A stretch of 64,000 bases of DNA from Nitrospirota bacterium (GCA_963790025.1 CAWBMP010000004.1:160001-224000), one strand, 5' to 3'. Shown: positions 10,075 to 20,623, counted from the stretch's first letter. Translations and numbers: made by a program. The notes: a model not told the origin generated them from the letters alone.

Positions 10075-11066
10075 ATGCTCTCCTTGTTCACAATGTACTC
10101 AACTATCCTTTTTGCACCCCTCCCATCAACCAATGCCCTGCCTGTTCGTGACATTTCATTTCTTCTGTATGCAGGTCCAAGTAATGTAAATGCTCTGCGC
10201 AAATTATCAAGGATCATACCATCTTCCCACCAGCCCGCATACTCGATGCATCCTGCCTCCCTCCATCCTGTTATATTGTTCATCTGATTATCGGCTACGG
10301 CTATGGCTATCGCAGGCACCCCAATCCTTGCAAGCTCGTATAATGTCTGGCCGCCGGCTGAAATGGCTATATCAGAGGCCAATGCAATATTAAGCATAGC
10401 TTCAGAATCAGGATTATAATGCAACATAGTGTTGTTATCTGCTGCGGCTTCTATTTGATCTGCATTACGGCATCCCTTTCCAATAACAATTTGTTTGTAA
10501 AGCCCCGGATATTCTTTCACAAGCTGCCTGAGGATTTCCGGCGTCATATTCCTGGTATCTTCGCCCCCGAAGGTCACCATGATGGTTGAGACATTCTCCC
10601 TTATCTCTTTTTCAGGCACCTCCCAAAACGCCTTTCTAAGCGGGACATATTTTACGCCGAGTAAATATTCGCTGCCCTCCAGCCTGCTATAATCAAGACT
10701 TTCTGCATTAATACTTCCATTTACTATAATACCTTGTGGATAGTCGAGCCGCTTGTTATCGTCCAAATAGACAGGCATTTTTACGGTCCCGGCTATTTTA
10801 TGATACATTCCCGGACCGGCCATGTAAGAATCGATGACCGCCATATCAGCCCCCTGCAGAATATCCAGTGCCTTTTTACCTTCTTCGAGCCAGTTTAAAA
10901 GCAGGCAATCCCTGTCGCTCAATACGTCTCTTATTGTTTCATCGCCATTTACTATCAATCCCACTTCTATTTTTTTTTCTTCAAATGCCTGGCAAAGGGA
11001 GCTGCAACGTGTAACATGCCCGAAACCGATATTTGTTCCGCCCTCGGTTAAAATAAAAGCATTCAT
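10059..11066 (-). CDS. pseG: UDP-2,4-diacetamido-2,4,6-trideoxy-altropyranose hydrolase (PseG/SpsG)
   Basis: IGFGHVTRC, IDSY, VTFGGED, ISAGGQTLYEL, VADNQ. Confidence 0.85.
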   Translation of the reverse strand: MNAFILTEGGTNIGFGHVTRCSSLCQAFEEKKIEVGLIVNGDETIRDVLSDRDCLLLNWLEEGKKALDILQGADMAVIDSYMAGPGMYHKIAGTVKMPVYLDDNKRLDYPQGIIVNGSINAESLDYSRLEGSEYLLGVKYVPLRKAFWEVPEKEIRENVSTIMVTFGGEDTRNMTPEILRQLVKEYPGLYKQIVIGKGCRNADQIEAAADNNTMLHYNPDSEAMLNIALASDIAISAGGQTLYELARIGVPAIAIAVADNQMNNITGWREAGCIEYAGWWEDGMILDNLRRAFTLLGPAYRRNEMSRTGRALVDGRGAKRIVEYIVNKESICRTI

Positions 11067-11070
11067 AGAT

Positions 11071-12111
11071 TTATATAGTTACCTCAGTGTGCAACCTTAG
11101 GAACATATGGGTGGCAAACCCCTCTTTGAAATGAGCAATGCTGAGTTCTTTTTCAGTCGGCGTGTTGCTGTCACCCTGATAAAAGCGCTCCCCCAGCTTA
11201 TGCCACCGCAGGCCAAGCGTCTTCATGTGCTCTATAGCTTTCATCTGCACTATATGTCCTAACGGCTTGTCAAAAAGGCTTCGGTCATATACGCCGACAG
11301 CGTACAGACCTTCTGTTCTAGATATGTAGAACAAACCGCCTCCCACCATGTTTCCTTTGTCGTCTCTCAGCACAACAAGAAATGCGTCACCGCAATTAAT
11401 GGCCTGCTCCAGAATATTCCAGGTCTCGACAGAACGGGTGGCACGTCCCGAAACCTGAAAATGCAATTGACGGAACTCGTCGAATACATCGTGCCCGACC
11501 CTCGCAAATATGCCCGACTGCCATAACCGGTCGCCCATCGAAAGCAACGATTTATAACTCTTTCTCAGGTTTGCTTTTATGTCCTCGGTGCTCATTGACA
11601 GGTCGACAAATAGCTCGTGTGCAACACTTCGGACAGTCGCGCCCCGTTCCATTAGTTTTCGGTGCCACCCGTCAACACCGCGATCATCAACATATTCCAC
11701 ACATCTCAAAACCTTCTGGTCAGTCAGCTTGCATAGTGCTTCCAGCACGGTCAGACACCGATCGATCAATGCCTTGCGGGTCTTTTCGGCCGTATTTTTA
11801 ACAAACAAGGGAGCGAGTATCTGCCCCTCGTTCGACCCGCATAACCATGCTCCTTCTGAAAAGCGCATATTCAAAGGCCATATGCCCGCCGGCTTGTTAT
11901 CGTGCATCAGCACCATAGAAATGTCGGTAAATTTTTCGACTATCTCCGATATATATTTGTTGCGGTATGTCACCACGCTGCGCGCATACACCAACGGTAC
12001 ATATAAGGCATTCGACAGCACATGATCCCACTCTGCCGGAGATTCGGACATCGGCTTTGCATTCACTGCGGAGGTAACGACATCGAAATATGGGGCGCCG
12101 TCTTTTCCCAC
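11071..12111 (-). CDS. FemAB-like/GNAT family protein
   Basis: VDLS...LRKSYKSL; ELSIAHFKEGF. Confidence 0.75.
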   Translation of the reverse strand: MGKDGAPYFDVVTSAVNAKPMSESPAEWDHVLSNALYVPLVYARSVVTYRNKYISEIVEKFTDISMVLMHDNKPAGIWPLNMRFSEGAWLCGSNEGQILAPLFVKNTAEKTRKALIDRCLTVLEALCKLTDQKVLRCVEYVDDRGVDGWHRKLMERGATVRSVAHELFVDLSMSTEDIKANLRKSYKSLLSMGDRLWQSGIFARVGHDVFDEFRQLHFQVSGRATRSVETWNILEQAINCGDAFLVVLRDDKGNMVGGGLFYISRTEGLYAVGVYDRSLFDKPLGHIVQMKAIEHMKTLGLRWHKLGERFYQGDSNTPTEKELSIAHFKEGFATHMFLRLHTEVTI

Positions 12112-12112
12112 G

Positions 12113-14155
12113 CTATACCTTCCTGAAAATAGGCTCCAGGAGCCTTCCCTCGATCATTTCATCCAGCATTTCATATCTGATGCAGCATTTAAGGATGTCC
12201 ATCACTTCACCATACACAGCCAACGTCTTTTCTATGGTCCTATCGTCGTGCGGCAGGGAAACATTGTGCGTTCCGGTAAAGAGCACTCCTCTTTTCGCGC
12301 ACTCCTGCTGGAAAAAGGTCTTCATAGCAAGACTTTTTTTCTCCTCGCCCTTGAATCCCATGACAGTTCTTATGGGATACCCGTCTATTGATACTGCATC
12401 GCCAAGTTTTTTGTCGCCCATGATCTTTTCTATACCGTCTTTCATTTTCCTGCCCTGTGCCCAAAGATAATTTATTACATCATGTTCCTGCATATACCTG
12501 ATAGTGGCAAGGGCAGCAGCAATAGAGGCCGTCTCACCCCCGAAGGTAAATGAGAAGAATATCTCGTCAAAAAGCCTCATGAATTCCCTTTTCCCGACAA
12601 TAGCCGAAACCGGCATGCCGTTGCCCATTGCCTTTCCAACACATGCAATATCAGGAGCAATTTTGAAGAATTCCTGCGCGCCGCCAACGGCAAATCTGAA
12701 TCCGGTCACCACCTCATCAAATATAAGCAGGGCGTTATTCTTATGGGTCATTTCTTTTACTTTATTCAGAAAGTCATTTTCCGGAGTTGACAGGCTGACA
12801 GGCTCCATGATCACGCAGGCGATTTTGTCCCGGTATTGGTCAAACAGTTTTTCCAGGCTTTCCATATTGTTATACTGGAACGGGAGCGTAAGTTCTTTTA
12901 CAGCCGGCGGGATGCCCTTGCTTCTTGTTGTTGTCGCAATGTACCAGTCCTGCCAGCCGTGATACCCGCAGCAGGCGATGTAATCCCGTCCGGTATATGC
13001 ACGCGCCAATCTGACCGCGGCAGAAGTGACATCAGAACCGTTCTTTCCGAAACGCACCATCTCTGCACACGGGATTACCTGCGTAAGAAGTTCCGCAAGC
13101 TCGTATTCCAGATAATGCGGAAGCGTATATGCACTGCCCTTTTCCAGCTGGCGTTGAACTGCATCGAGGACCGGTCCAAAGGCATAGCCCAGAATACAGG
13201 GACCAAGTCCCATGGTGAAATCAATTAAAACATTATTGTCAACATCGGTCACCATACAGCCTTTTGCCTCTTTGACAAAAAGGGGCACACTGCCGACGCT
13301 GAACTGGAGGTACGATTTACTGAAGGTTTGGGAACCATTGGGAATGATGTCAAGGATTTTTTCAAAAAGCAGCTTGCTTTCCGATAATGCCAGCTTCTTT
13401 CCTTTCAGTCCCTTTATGAATGCTTTATCTTCATTTACCGATTTCCGATAGCCTTCATTGACTTCAATGTGCTTTATACTGTCGAGAATACGGGGTTCTT
13501 TGTTTATCAGCGCTGCTACATCGTCATAGGTAAAATCCTTCCCCTTGAATACCTCAAGTATCCTCCCCATGACATCGGCATCTTCCCTGTAATCAAGGCT
13601 GAGATGCACCCGCGAGAGGTCTTCATCCCCGTAAGGTAAAAAAACTGTCTTAAACTGTCCCGAGTTCCTTATATAGGGACTTACATGCTCTCTCTCCGAA
13701 GGCATTTTAGCCATCTTCGCCGCCTCGAGGATTGCACTGGCTTTCATCACTTCTACATCGAACCCGTCGATTATGTTAGCAAGTACAAGACAATCACAAT
13801 CGAGCTCCAGGAATTTGGACATGGCAAAATTGACGAGACGGTAATCGGTAAAAATACAGTCACCTGTTATGCGTATGACCATTTCCAGATTATGCGTTTC
13901 TACCGCACTCGCAAACCTTTCGAGCACATCGTTGATACTGCCTCTTATGACATGCCATCCGTTTTCTACTGACTTTTCAGCAATGGCATCATCCTCCGGG
14001 CTCGAAGATGTGGCAACTATTCTGCAATCGGCTTTTATTCCCTGACATCTCCCAAGGACCCATTCTATCGCCGTCTTTCCATTAAAATCATGGAGCATTT
14101 TATTAGGGTATCGGGTGGAACCGCTCCTCGCCTGCACAACAACACCGCTTTTCAT
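12113..14155 (-). CDS. Fusion of SpsF-type cytidylyltransferase and class III aminotransferase (GSA-aminomutase-like)
   Basis: N-terminal QARSGSTRYPNK, RITGDC, REHV; C-terminal FGKNGSD, GYHGW, FDEVVTGFR, GKAMGNG. Confidence 0.88.
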   Translation of the reverse strand: MKSGVVVQARSGSTRYPNKMLHDFNGKTAIEWVLGRCQGIKADCRIVATSSSPEDDAIAEKSVENGWHVIRGSINDVLERFASAVETHNLEMVIRITGDCIFTDYRLVNFAMSKFLELDCDCLVLANIIDGFDVEVMKASAILEAAKMAKMPSEREHVSPYIRNSGQFKTVFLPYGDEDLSRVHLSLDYREDADVMGRILEVFKGKDFTYDDVAALINKEPRILDSIKHIEVNEGYRKSVNEDKAFIKGLKGKKLALSESKLLFEKILDIIPNGSQTFSKSYLQFSVGSVPLFVKEAKGCMVTDVDNNVLIDFTMGLGPCILGYAFGPVLDAVQRQLEKGSAYTLPHYLEYELAELLTQVIPCAEMVRFGKNGSDVTSAAVRLARAYTGRDYIACCGYHGWQDWYIATTTRSKGIPPAVKELTLPFQYNNMESLEKLFDQYRDKIACVIMEPVSLSTPENDFLNKVKEMTHKNNALLIFDEVVTGFRFAVGGAQEFFKIAPDIACVGKAMGNGMPVSAIVGKREFMRLFDEIFFSFTFGGETASIAAALATIRYMQEHDVINYLWAQGRKMKDGIEKIMGDKKLGDAVSIDGYPIRTVMGFKGEEKKSLAMKTFFQQECAKRGVLFTGTHNVSLPHDDRTIEKTLAVYGEVMDILKCCIRYEMLDEMIEGRLLEPIFRKV

Positions 14156-15567
14156 AGGGCCTCCAGGGAATAAAGCCTTGCATTTTTCATAGCTATTTTT
14201 ATTTTCGTCGAAGGGCCCCTTAATTTCGTCTTGATTTTGTAATTCAATGAATCGATGTTCCGTATCTCGAATTTTTGGCCGTCTCTTCCTTTTTTCATTA
14301 TTTCAACCGATATGGCGCCGTGCCTTGAATCTGCGTTGATATTCATCATCCCCTTCTCAAACAGAAAAGGCTTGGTGATAAAATGTCCTCCTTGTGACGA
14401 AGAGGCATATACAAAACCGTCTTTACGCATACTTGCAACTCCTATTTTAACACTGTGCTTTCCCTGTTCCAGAATACCCGTTTCGTCATGGCCTATGCCG
14501 TGTCCGAAATTTGCGCCGCTGTAATAGATCAATGTCCTGTCATTATCAAAAACAGGAGCATTTGCAGTACATATGATATCAGTGTCCCAACCATGGGCAC
14601 TCAGGGGAATAAGCGGTATATCAGAAAAACGCTTCCATTTTTTTCCATCACTGCTGTGCGCCAGATAAACTTCGATCTTCCCTTCATGCGTGCCTTTCCT
14701 GATCTCGTATTCGATGTAGAAAAGCCAGAGGAACCCGAGATACGTCTTGCCGTAATTGAAACCGCAGAGGCCGTAGAAATCTGCCAGCTTAAACCCTTTG
14801 GCAGTTGCCAGCCTGTCTTCCTCAGCGCCGGGGGACCATATGGTTTCAGGTTTGCTCCATTTCCTGAAATCATCGCTTTCAGAGATTCCCACACATCTCC
14901 TCGTCCTTCCTTCACTGTCAATCGTGTACGTCTTTACAAACGCGATGAACCTGTTCGTCAGGGTGTCCTTAAAGGCTGGAGCGACATCGCTGAACCAAGT
15001 TTTGTTCGTTTGGCTGTTCGGGAACCGCATAACGGGAAGGACCGGATTGTATTCATATTCTCTAAAATTCATTCCGTCTCTTGAAAATGCCGTACAGTAT
15101 CCTGCATCGGTATATCCGAACATCTTGTACCGAGTGTCCTTATCGTCAGGATCGTATATAACACTCGGTATGTGGTACGACGACACAATATTTGTCATGC
15201 AACTGTCCTTTTCAGCCTTTTTCAGATAAAAATTTTTTATTTCTCCATCCAAAGCCACGGTAGGATATAGTTCAGGTCCCTTGAAACAGTACCTCTTCAT
15301 CAGCGGCTTCTTCCATGTAAGGCCGTCCATCGATCTGGCATAGTTCACAAAGAACCCCAGCCCATCCACATATGACTGATACCACATTCTGTAAAGCGGT
15401 CCCTTTTTTATGACCGAACCATAGAGATAGGTGTGCGTCTCTTCCCAGGGATATTCAGGCACAATGACCGGTTTTTTCCGTTTTAGTATCTCACCCTGCT
15501 TAAATTCAATACCCTCCATATAAGCAACATTCGATGTATCGGGAAACAGTATCTTCAAGTGTTCCAC
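14152..15567 (-). CDS. Five-bladed beta-propeller glycoside-hydrolase-like protein
   Basis: Repeated Asp-box-like motifs (SMDGLTW, SRDGMNF, SDDFRKW, SSDGKKW); YYSG. Confidence 0.65.
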   Translation of the reverse strand: MEHLKILFPDTSNVAYMEGIEFKQGEILKRKKPVIVPEYPWEETHTYLYGSVIKKGPLYRMWYQSYVDGLGFFVNYARSMDGLTWKKPLMKRYCFKGPELYPTVALDGEIKNFYLKKAEKDSCMTNIVSSYHIPSVIYDPDDKDTRYKMFGYTDAGYCTAFSRDGMNFREYEYNPVLPVMRFPNSQTNKTWFSDVAPAFKDTLTNRFIAFVKTYTIDSEGRTRRCVGISESDDFRKWSKPETIWSPGAEEDRLATAKGFKLADFYGLCGFNYGKTYLGFLWLFYIEYEIRKGTHEGKIEVYLAHSSDGKKWKRFSDIPLIPLSAHGWDTDIICTANAPVFDNDRTLIYYSGANFGHGIGHDETGILEQGKHSVKIGVASMRKDGFVYASSSQGGHFITKPFLFEKGMMNINADSRHGAISVEIMKKGRDGQKFEIRNIDSLNYKIKTKLRGPSTKIKIAMKNARLYSLEAL

Positions 15568-16442
15568 CTGTACGGCAAAATAATGTCCTCATTGTCGGTT
15601 GCCAGTTCCGACAATGCGTGCTCCACAGCCGAATATTTGTCGGAATTCCACGACCGGAGGCACTCGACATTGCTTTTGACCTGCTCCACGCTGTCAACTC
15701 CGATGACCACGCCGCCTATCCATGGCCTGGCTGTTGCAAACGACAGGGCCAGGCATTCCGGTCTTATCTGATGTTCCGCGGACAAGTCCCTTATCTTCCT
15801 CAGTCTGTCTTTTACCTGCACGAACCTGCCGTTAAGCGCCCCGTATTGGAGGAAGAAAAGGCCCTGCAAAAACACCGACCGCGCAAAAAAAGAGAACCCC
15901 CTGCTATTGAGGTCCTCCATAAAGCCGTCTATTAAAAACCTTTGATCAAAAAGATTAAGAGGAAACTCGAAAACCAGCTCATCGCCGGTTTCCCGGGTTA
16001 TTTCGACGATCTCTTCCGGATGGTAGACGGAGACACCATAGTTTCCGATGATTTTATCTCTGCAAAGAGACTGCAGCACCGGGACAATAATGTTTCCATA
16101 CCGCTTCCAGGTACCGAAGGAGTGGATGAGGAAAACATCAATAAACGGGACATTCATGTTTTTCAATGAGTCAGACACCTCACGGCCGACATCCTGCGCG
16201 GTAATATACTCTTTGCCCGGAAGTTTGCTTATGACCTTTAATACCTTGCCGCGCTTTTCAAAGAACTCCCCGACTACATTTTCGGCATCCCCGTATGCGC
16301 GCGCGGTATCTATCCACTCGACGCCCTGCGAATGGGCATAATCAAGGATGGCAAAAGCCTCTTCAGGGCTTAACTTTTTATCGTTTGCAATCCCGTACCG
16401 GAGGCCGAAATTGGCAGTGCCTATGACTAATTTGCTGCTCAT
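15555..16442 (-). CDS. Aldo/keto reductase
   Basis: GTANFG, IDTARAYG, LIH, GVSVY, RSVFLQG. Confidence 0.9.
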   Translation of the reverse strand: MSSKLVIGTANFGLRYGIANDKKLSPEEAFAILDYAHSQGVEWIDTARAYGDAENVVGEFFEKRGKVLKVISKLPGKEYITAQDVGREVSDSLKNMNVPFIDVFLIHSFGTWKRYGNIIVPVLQSLCRDKIIGNYGVSVYHPEEIVEITRETGDELVFEFPLNLFDQRFLIDGFMEDLNSRGFSFFARSVFLQGLFFLQYGALNGRFVQVKDRLRKIRDLSAEHQIRPECLALSFATARPWIGGVVIGVDSVEQVKSNVECLRSWNSDKYSAVEHALSELATDNEDIILPYRWNT

Positions 16443-17641
16443 AGCTTTTTAAAAACTCCATTTATCCGATCTATTACGAAGCTGATATCCTTTTCTTCCA
16501 TGGAAGGATAGAGCGGAATACTGATTTCTCTTTGATAAAAATCCTCGGCAACCGGGCATGGCCCTTTTTTGTAGCCGAGATTTTCATAATAAGGCTGCAG
16601 GTAAACCGGAATGTAATGTACCTGTACGCCAAGACCTGCTTCCCTCATACTTGAGAATATTGCCTTCTTCTCATTTTTGCATGTTTCCTTGAGTCGTATC
16701 GGATAAAGATGATATGATGAACGGCCATAGTTTTTTTCAACAGGCACATCAAAATAAGAATTGTTTTTGAACGCTTCATTATAACGGGCGACAATTGCCC
16801 GCCTATATTCGGTGAACCTGTTGAGTTTTTTAAGTTGCGATATACCGAGCGCCGCCTGGATATCGGTCATCCTGTAATTGTTACCCAAAAAATGCATCTC
16901 GTAATACCAGTCGCCATGCGACCCATTAACAAAATTTTCTCTTGTTATGCCGTGTGTCCGGAATTGTTTGAGACGCTTATATATTATCCTGTCATTCGTC
17001 AAGGCCGCCCCGCCCTCGCCGGTGGTAATAGGCTTCACCGGATGAAAGCTGAAAACAGTAATATCGGAATGCATACACGCACCGACCTTAATCCAGTCGC
17101 AGCCCATGGTTTTTTTCCCTTTGCCATTTGTTATTTGCCTCCGGTATTCCGCGCCTATGGCGTGACAGGCATCTTCGATAACAATAAGACCGTGTTTTAT
17201 GGCAATACGCTGTAGGGCATCCATATCGACCGGGTGGCCTGCATAATGAACAGGCACAAGGGCCTTTGTTTGCCGGTTTATTGCTGACTCGATCAGTTCA
17301 GTATCTATATTGCCCGTATCACACTCGACATCGACAAAGACAGGCTTTATGCCGAGCATCAATGCAGCATTTGATGTGGCAGAGAAGGTAATGGGAGAGG
17401 TGATCAGGGCATCATCACGGCCCAGGCCGGCTGAAAAATAGGCGGCATGCAACGCGGCAGTGCCCGAGGAGAAAACAACGGCATATTCTGTCCCGGCATA
17501 TGAGGCAAGGGCGGCCTCAAAAGCATCTACCGCAGGCCCCTGTGTCAGATAATCCGACTTGAGGACAGAAACCACCGCTGCAATGTCCTCCTCGTCGATG
17601 GATTGCCTGCTGTATGGAATAAAAATTTTATTGTCCGGCAC
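16439..17641 (-). CDS. pseC: UDP-4-amino-4,6-dideoxy-AltNAc transaminase (DegT family)
   Basis: IPYSRQSIDEEDI, EDACHA, FSFHPVKPITTGEGG, GVQVHYIP. Confidence 0.93.
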   Translation of the reverse strand: MPDNKIFIPYSRQSIDEEDIAAVVSVLKSDYLTQGPAVDAFEAALASYAGTEYAVVFSSGTAALHAAYFSAGLGRDDALITSPITFSATSNAALMLGIKPVFVDVECDTGNIDTELIESAINRQTKALVPVHYAGHPVDMDALQRIAIKHGLIVIEDACHAIGAEYRRQITNGKGKKTMGCDWIKVGACMHSDITVFSFHPVKPITTGEGGAALTNDRIIYKRLKQFRTHGITRENFVNGSHGDWYYEMHFLGNNYRMTDIQAALGISQLKKLNRFTEYRRAIVARYNEAFKNNSYFDVPVEKNYGRSSYHLYPIRLKETCKNEKKAIFSSMREAGLGVQVHYIPVYLQPYYENLGYKKGPCPVAEDFYQREISIPLYPSMEEKDISFVIDRINGVFKKL

Positions 17642-17670
17642 GTACGTTTCTCCGCGAACGCCCCCGGCCC

Positions 17671-18681
17671 TTATCCGGCAGAGCGCCTGTCGATATTCAT
17701 AGTCTCTATCAGGCCGCTGATTTCAGTATGTGATAGCCAATGGTCGTTTTTATCGCTCCTGTAAAAAAAGCCTTCAACCATTCTCGGATATTTGGAGTAG
17801 CCGAAATGTTTGTTGTCATGGAAACTGAATTGGGGCAGAATGACGTACACATCGCCCATATCAACAGTATTCCTTCCCTCATCTTCGGAAATAAGCGATT
17901 CGTGCAGTTTTTCACCCGGCCTGATGCCGATAAACTCACATCCGGCATCAGGGCAGAGCGCCTTTACAATATCGGTGATTTTTGTGCTCGGTATCTTGGG
18001 CACAAATACCTCTCCGCCTACACTGTCCCTGGCAGCCCTGCAGACCAGGTCCACTGCCTGCGAAAGCGTTATCCAGAACCGTGTCATACGTTCGTCCGTA
18101 ACCGGGAACTTTTTTCCGCCCTTGTTTAATAAGTTGATATAGAGCGGTATAACACTGCCCCGGCTGCCGACCACATTACCATATCTTACTACGGAAAAAG
18201 TCGTATCTTTGGCCCCAACATATGCGTTGCCCGCGACGAACAATTTTTCCATAGCGAGTTTAGTTGCGCCGTATAAATTGATCGGGCTGACCGCCTTATC
18301 CGTAGAGAGCGCTATCACCTTTTTAACGCCTTTATCTATGGCGACTTCGATGATGTTCTGTGCCCCCAGAACATTCGTCTTTATCGCTTCAAAGGGATTA
18401 TATTCCGCCGCGGGCACCTGCTTGATCGCAGCGGCATGAATAACGTAATCGACCCCTTCGAAAGCCCTGCATAAACGGCCCCTGTCCCTGACATCACCGA
18501 GAAAATAACGTACAGGATAGTTGGATTCAGGGAAATATTTTGACATTTCAAATTGCTTGAATTCATCTCTGCTGAATATAATGACTTTCCGGGGTTTATA
18601 ATTATTTACAAGGTATTCGGTAAATTTTTTTCCAAAAGACCCGGTCCCGCCGGTAATAAGTATTATTTTGTCATTGAACAT
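17671..18681 (-). CDS. pseB: UDP-GlcNAc 4,6-dehydratase (inverting)
   Basis: ITGGTGSFG, SRDEFKQ, KQVPAAEYNP, STDKA, RYGNVVGSRGS; ATG 18681 behind AAGGAG. Confidence 0.95.
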   Translation of the reverse strand: MFNDKIILITGGTGSFGKKFTEYLVNNYKPRKVIIFSRDEFKQFEMSKYFPESNYPVRYFLGDVRDRGRLCRAFEGVDYVIHAAAIKQVPAAEYNPFEAIKTNVLGAQNIIEVAIDKGVKKVIALSTDKAVSPINLYGATKLAMEKLFVAGNAYVGAKDTTFSVVRYGNVVGSRGSVIPLYINLLNKGGKKFPVTDERMTRFWITLSQAVDLVCRAARDSVGGEVFVPKIPSTKITDIVKALCPDAGCEFIGIRPGEKLHESLISEDEGRNTVDMGDVYVILPQFSFHDNKHFGYSKYPRMVEGFFYRSDKNDHWLSHTEISGLIETMNIDRRSAG

Positions 18682-19012
18682 GTGAATCTCCTTGCAATCG
18701 CATTTGGAACTGGAATAACTTGAGTTTTTAAGCAATAATTATACCCAGGCGCCAACATTTCTTATCGCCTTGTATTTTCGGCTTATTCTTTTGATTTATT
18801 TGGCGGAAGCACATATTTTCAATTCGCAAAGGGAAATTTTTTCCTGTCAACAAATTGACTATATGAACTGCCCCCGGCATTTCTTAGAAATAACTCTGAG
18901 GAAAAGCATCAGCGTGCTTATGCTGAATCTGTTGTATAATATTTCTTTCATAATAAATAAATATCCGTCACAAAATACCGGGAAGTGACTATCCGAAGAT
19001 TTGGAATCTTTT

Positions 19013-20623
19013 ATGGTAAAAAAAATAAAGAAGAATAACAAGGACCAATCTTTAAATATCTCCGGCGCCCTCCAATCAGCCGTAAAGCACCATCAGAAAG
19101 GGGAGTTGCAACAGGCAGAAGCGATTTATCATCAAGTATTGCGCATGGATAAAAACAATGCTGATGCGCATAACAATCTGGGCGTTGCGCTTAAAGAGCA
19201 GGGGAAGCTGGAGGAAGCAATAGCGTGTTACCGCCGTGCATTGTCCTTAAAACCTGATTATCTCGAGGCGTATAACAATCTTGGCATTGCGCTTGAAGAG
19301 CAGGGGAGGCTGGAGGAAGCAATAGCGTGTTACCGCCGTGCATTGTCTTTAAACCCTGACTTTCACATGACTCATTACAATTTGGGCGTTGCGCTTAAAG
19401 AGCAGGGGAAGCTGGAGGAAGCAATAGCGTGTTACCGCCGTGCATTGTCCTTAAAACCTGATTATCACGAAGCGCATAATGATCTGGGCATTGCGCTTAA
19501 GGACCTGGGACGGCTCGAAGAAGCAGCGGCCTGTTATCATCGTGCATTGTCCTTAAAACCCGATTTTCACGAGGCACATAATAATCTGGGGCTGATGTTC
19601 CAAGATCAGGGAAAATTAGACGAAGCAATTGTTTGTTACCAGCGTGCCTTGTCCTTAAAACCTGATTGTCCCGAGGCACATTTTAACTTGTCCACTATTT
19701 ATCTTTTAAAGGGTAATTTCAAAGAAGGATGGGAAGAATATAAATATCGACTCAGGAGGCAGGACGTTTCCAGGTATTTTAATCCTGTTCATCTCGATTT
19801 TACTCAGCCGTATTGGGACGGTTCTGATATTAAAGGCAAGACTATTTTACTTTGGGCTGAACAGGGATTGGGGGATGTTATCCAGTTTATAAGATATGTC
19901 CCTATGGTTTTTGAAAAAACCGACAAAATAATAGTTGAATGCCGGAAGGAACTGATTGTCTTAATTCAAGGAATAAACGGTATACATCAAGTTGTGGCTC
20001 AAGGACAACAATTGCCTGATTTTGATTTTCATTGCCCTTTGTTAACTCTGCCTTTGGTTTTTAATACAACACTTCAAACAATACCCGCGACGATACCCTA
20101 TATCATGAGTGATCGTCAAAAAGTTTTAATGTGGCGGGAACGGCTTCAGTCCGATAGTGCCAGGCTCAAAGTTGGTTTGTGCTGGGCAGGCAATCCGGCA
20201 CACAGGAATGACCTCAATCGTTCAATCTCTCTGGATATGTTTTCACCGCTTGGAGAGATGGAAGACGTTACTTTCTACAGCCTGCAGAAGGGAGAGGCAG
20301 CAGGGCAGACAGGGAATCCACCCAACAGGATGCACCTCGTCGATTATACGAATGACCTGAATGACTTTTCTGATACGGCCGCTTTGATCGAAAATCTTGA
20401 TCTCGTAATTTCCGTTGATACTGTAATAGTTCATTTAGCCGGAGCACTGGGTAAACCGGTCTGGACTTTACTTCCGTTTATGCCTGATTGGAGATGGATG
20501 CTGGACCGGGGGGACAGCCCCTGGTATCCTACAATGCGTTTATATCGACAGCCGGCATACGGGGACTGGGACAGTGCTTTGAAAATGATTAAGCTGGAAC
20601 TTCATGCCGTTGCGCAAGGATAG
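19013..20623 (+). CDS. TPR-repeat glycosyltransferase (GT9-like C-terminus)
   Basis: About six TPRs, then WDG...EQGLGDVIQF...VGLCWAG...ISVDT..HLAGALG...WRW...SPWYP. Confidence 0.88.
   Translation: MVKKIKKNNKDQSLNISGALQSAVKHHQKGELQQAEAIYHQVLRMDKNNADAHNNLGVALKEQGKLEEAIACYRRALSLKPDYLEAYNNLGIALEEQGRLEEAIACYRRALSLNPDFHMTHYNLGVALKEQGKLEEAIACYRRALSLKPDYHEAHNDLGIALKDLGRLEEAAACYHRALSLKPDFHEAHNNLGLMFQDQGKLDEAIVCYQRALSLKPDCPEAHFNLSTIYLLKGNFKEGWEEYKYRLRRQDVSRYFNPVHLDFTQPYWDGSDIKGKTILLWAEQGLGDVIQFIRYVPMVFEKTDKIIVECRKELIVLIQGINGIHQVVAQGQQLPDFDFHCPLLTLPLVFNTTLQTIPATIPYIMSDRQKVLMWRERLQSDSARLKVGLCWAGNPAHRNDLNRSISLDMFSPLGEMEDVTFYSLQKGEAAGQTGNPPNRMHLVDYTNDLNDFSDTAALIENLDLVISVDTVIVHLAGALGKPVWTLLPFMPDWRWMLDRGDSPWYPTMRLYRQPAYGDWDSALKMIKLELHAVAQG
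19179..19680 (+). repeat. 102-bp tandem repeats encoding TPR units
   Basis: Five units; 19179-19262 is identical to 19383-19466 (84 bp). Confidence 0.9.
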
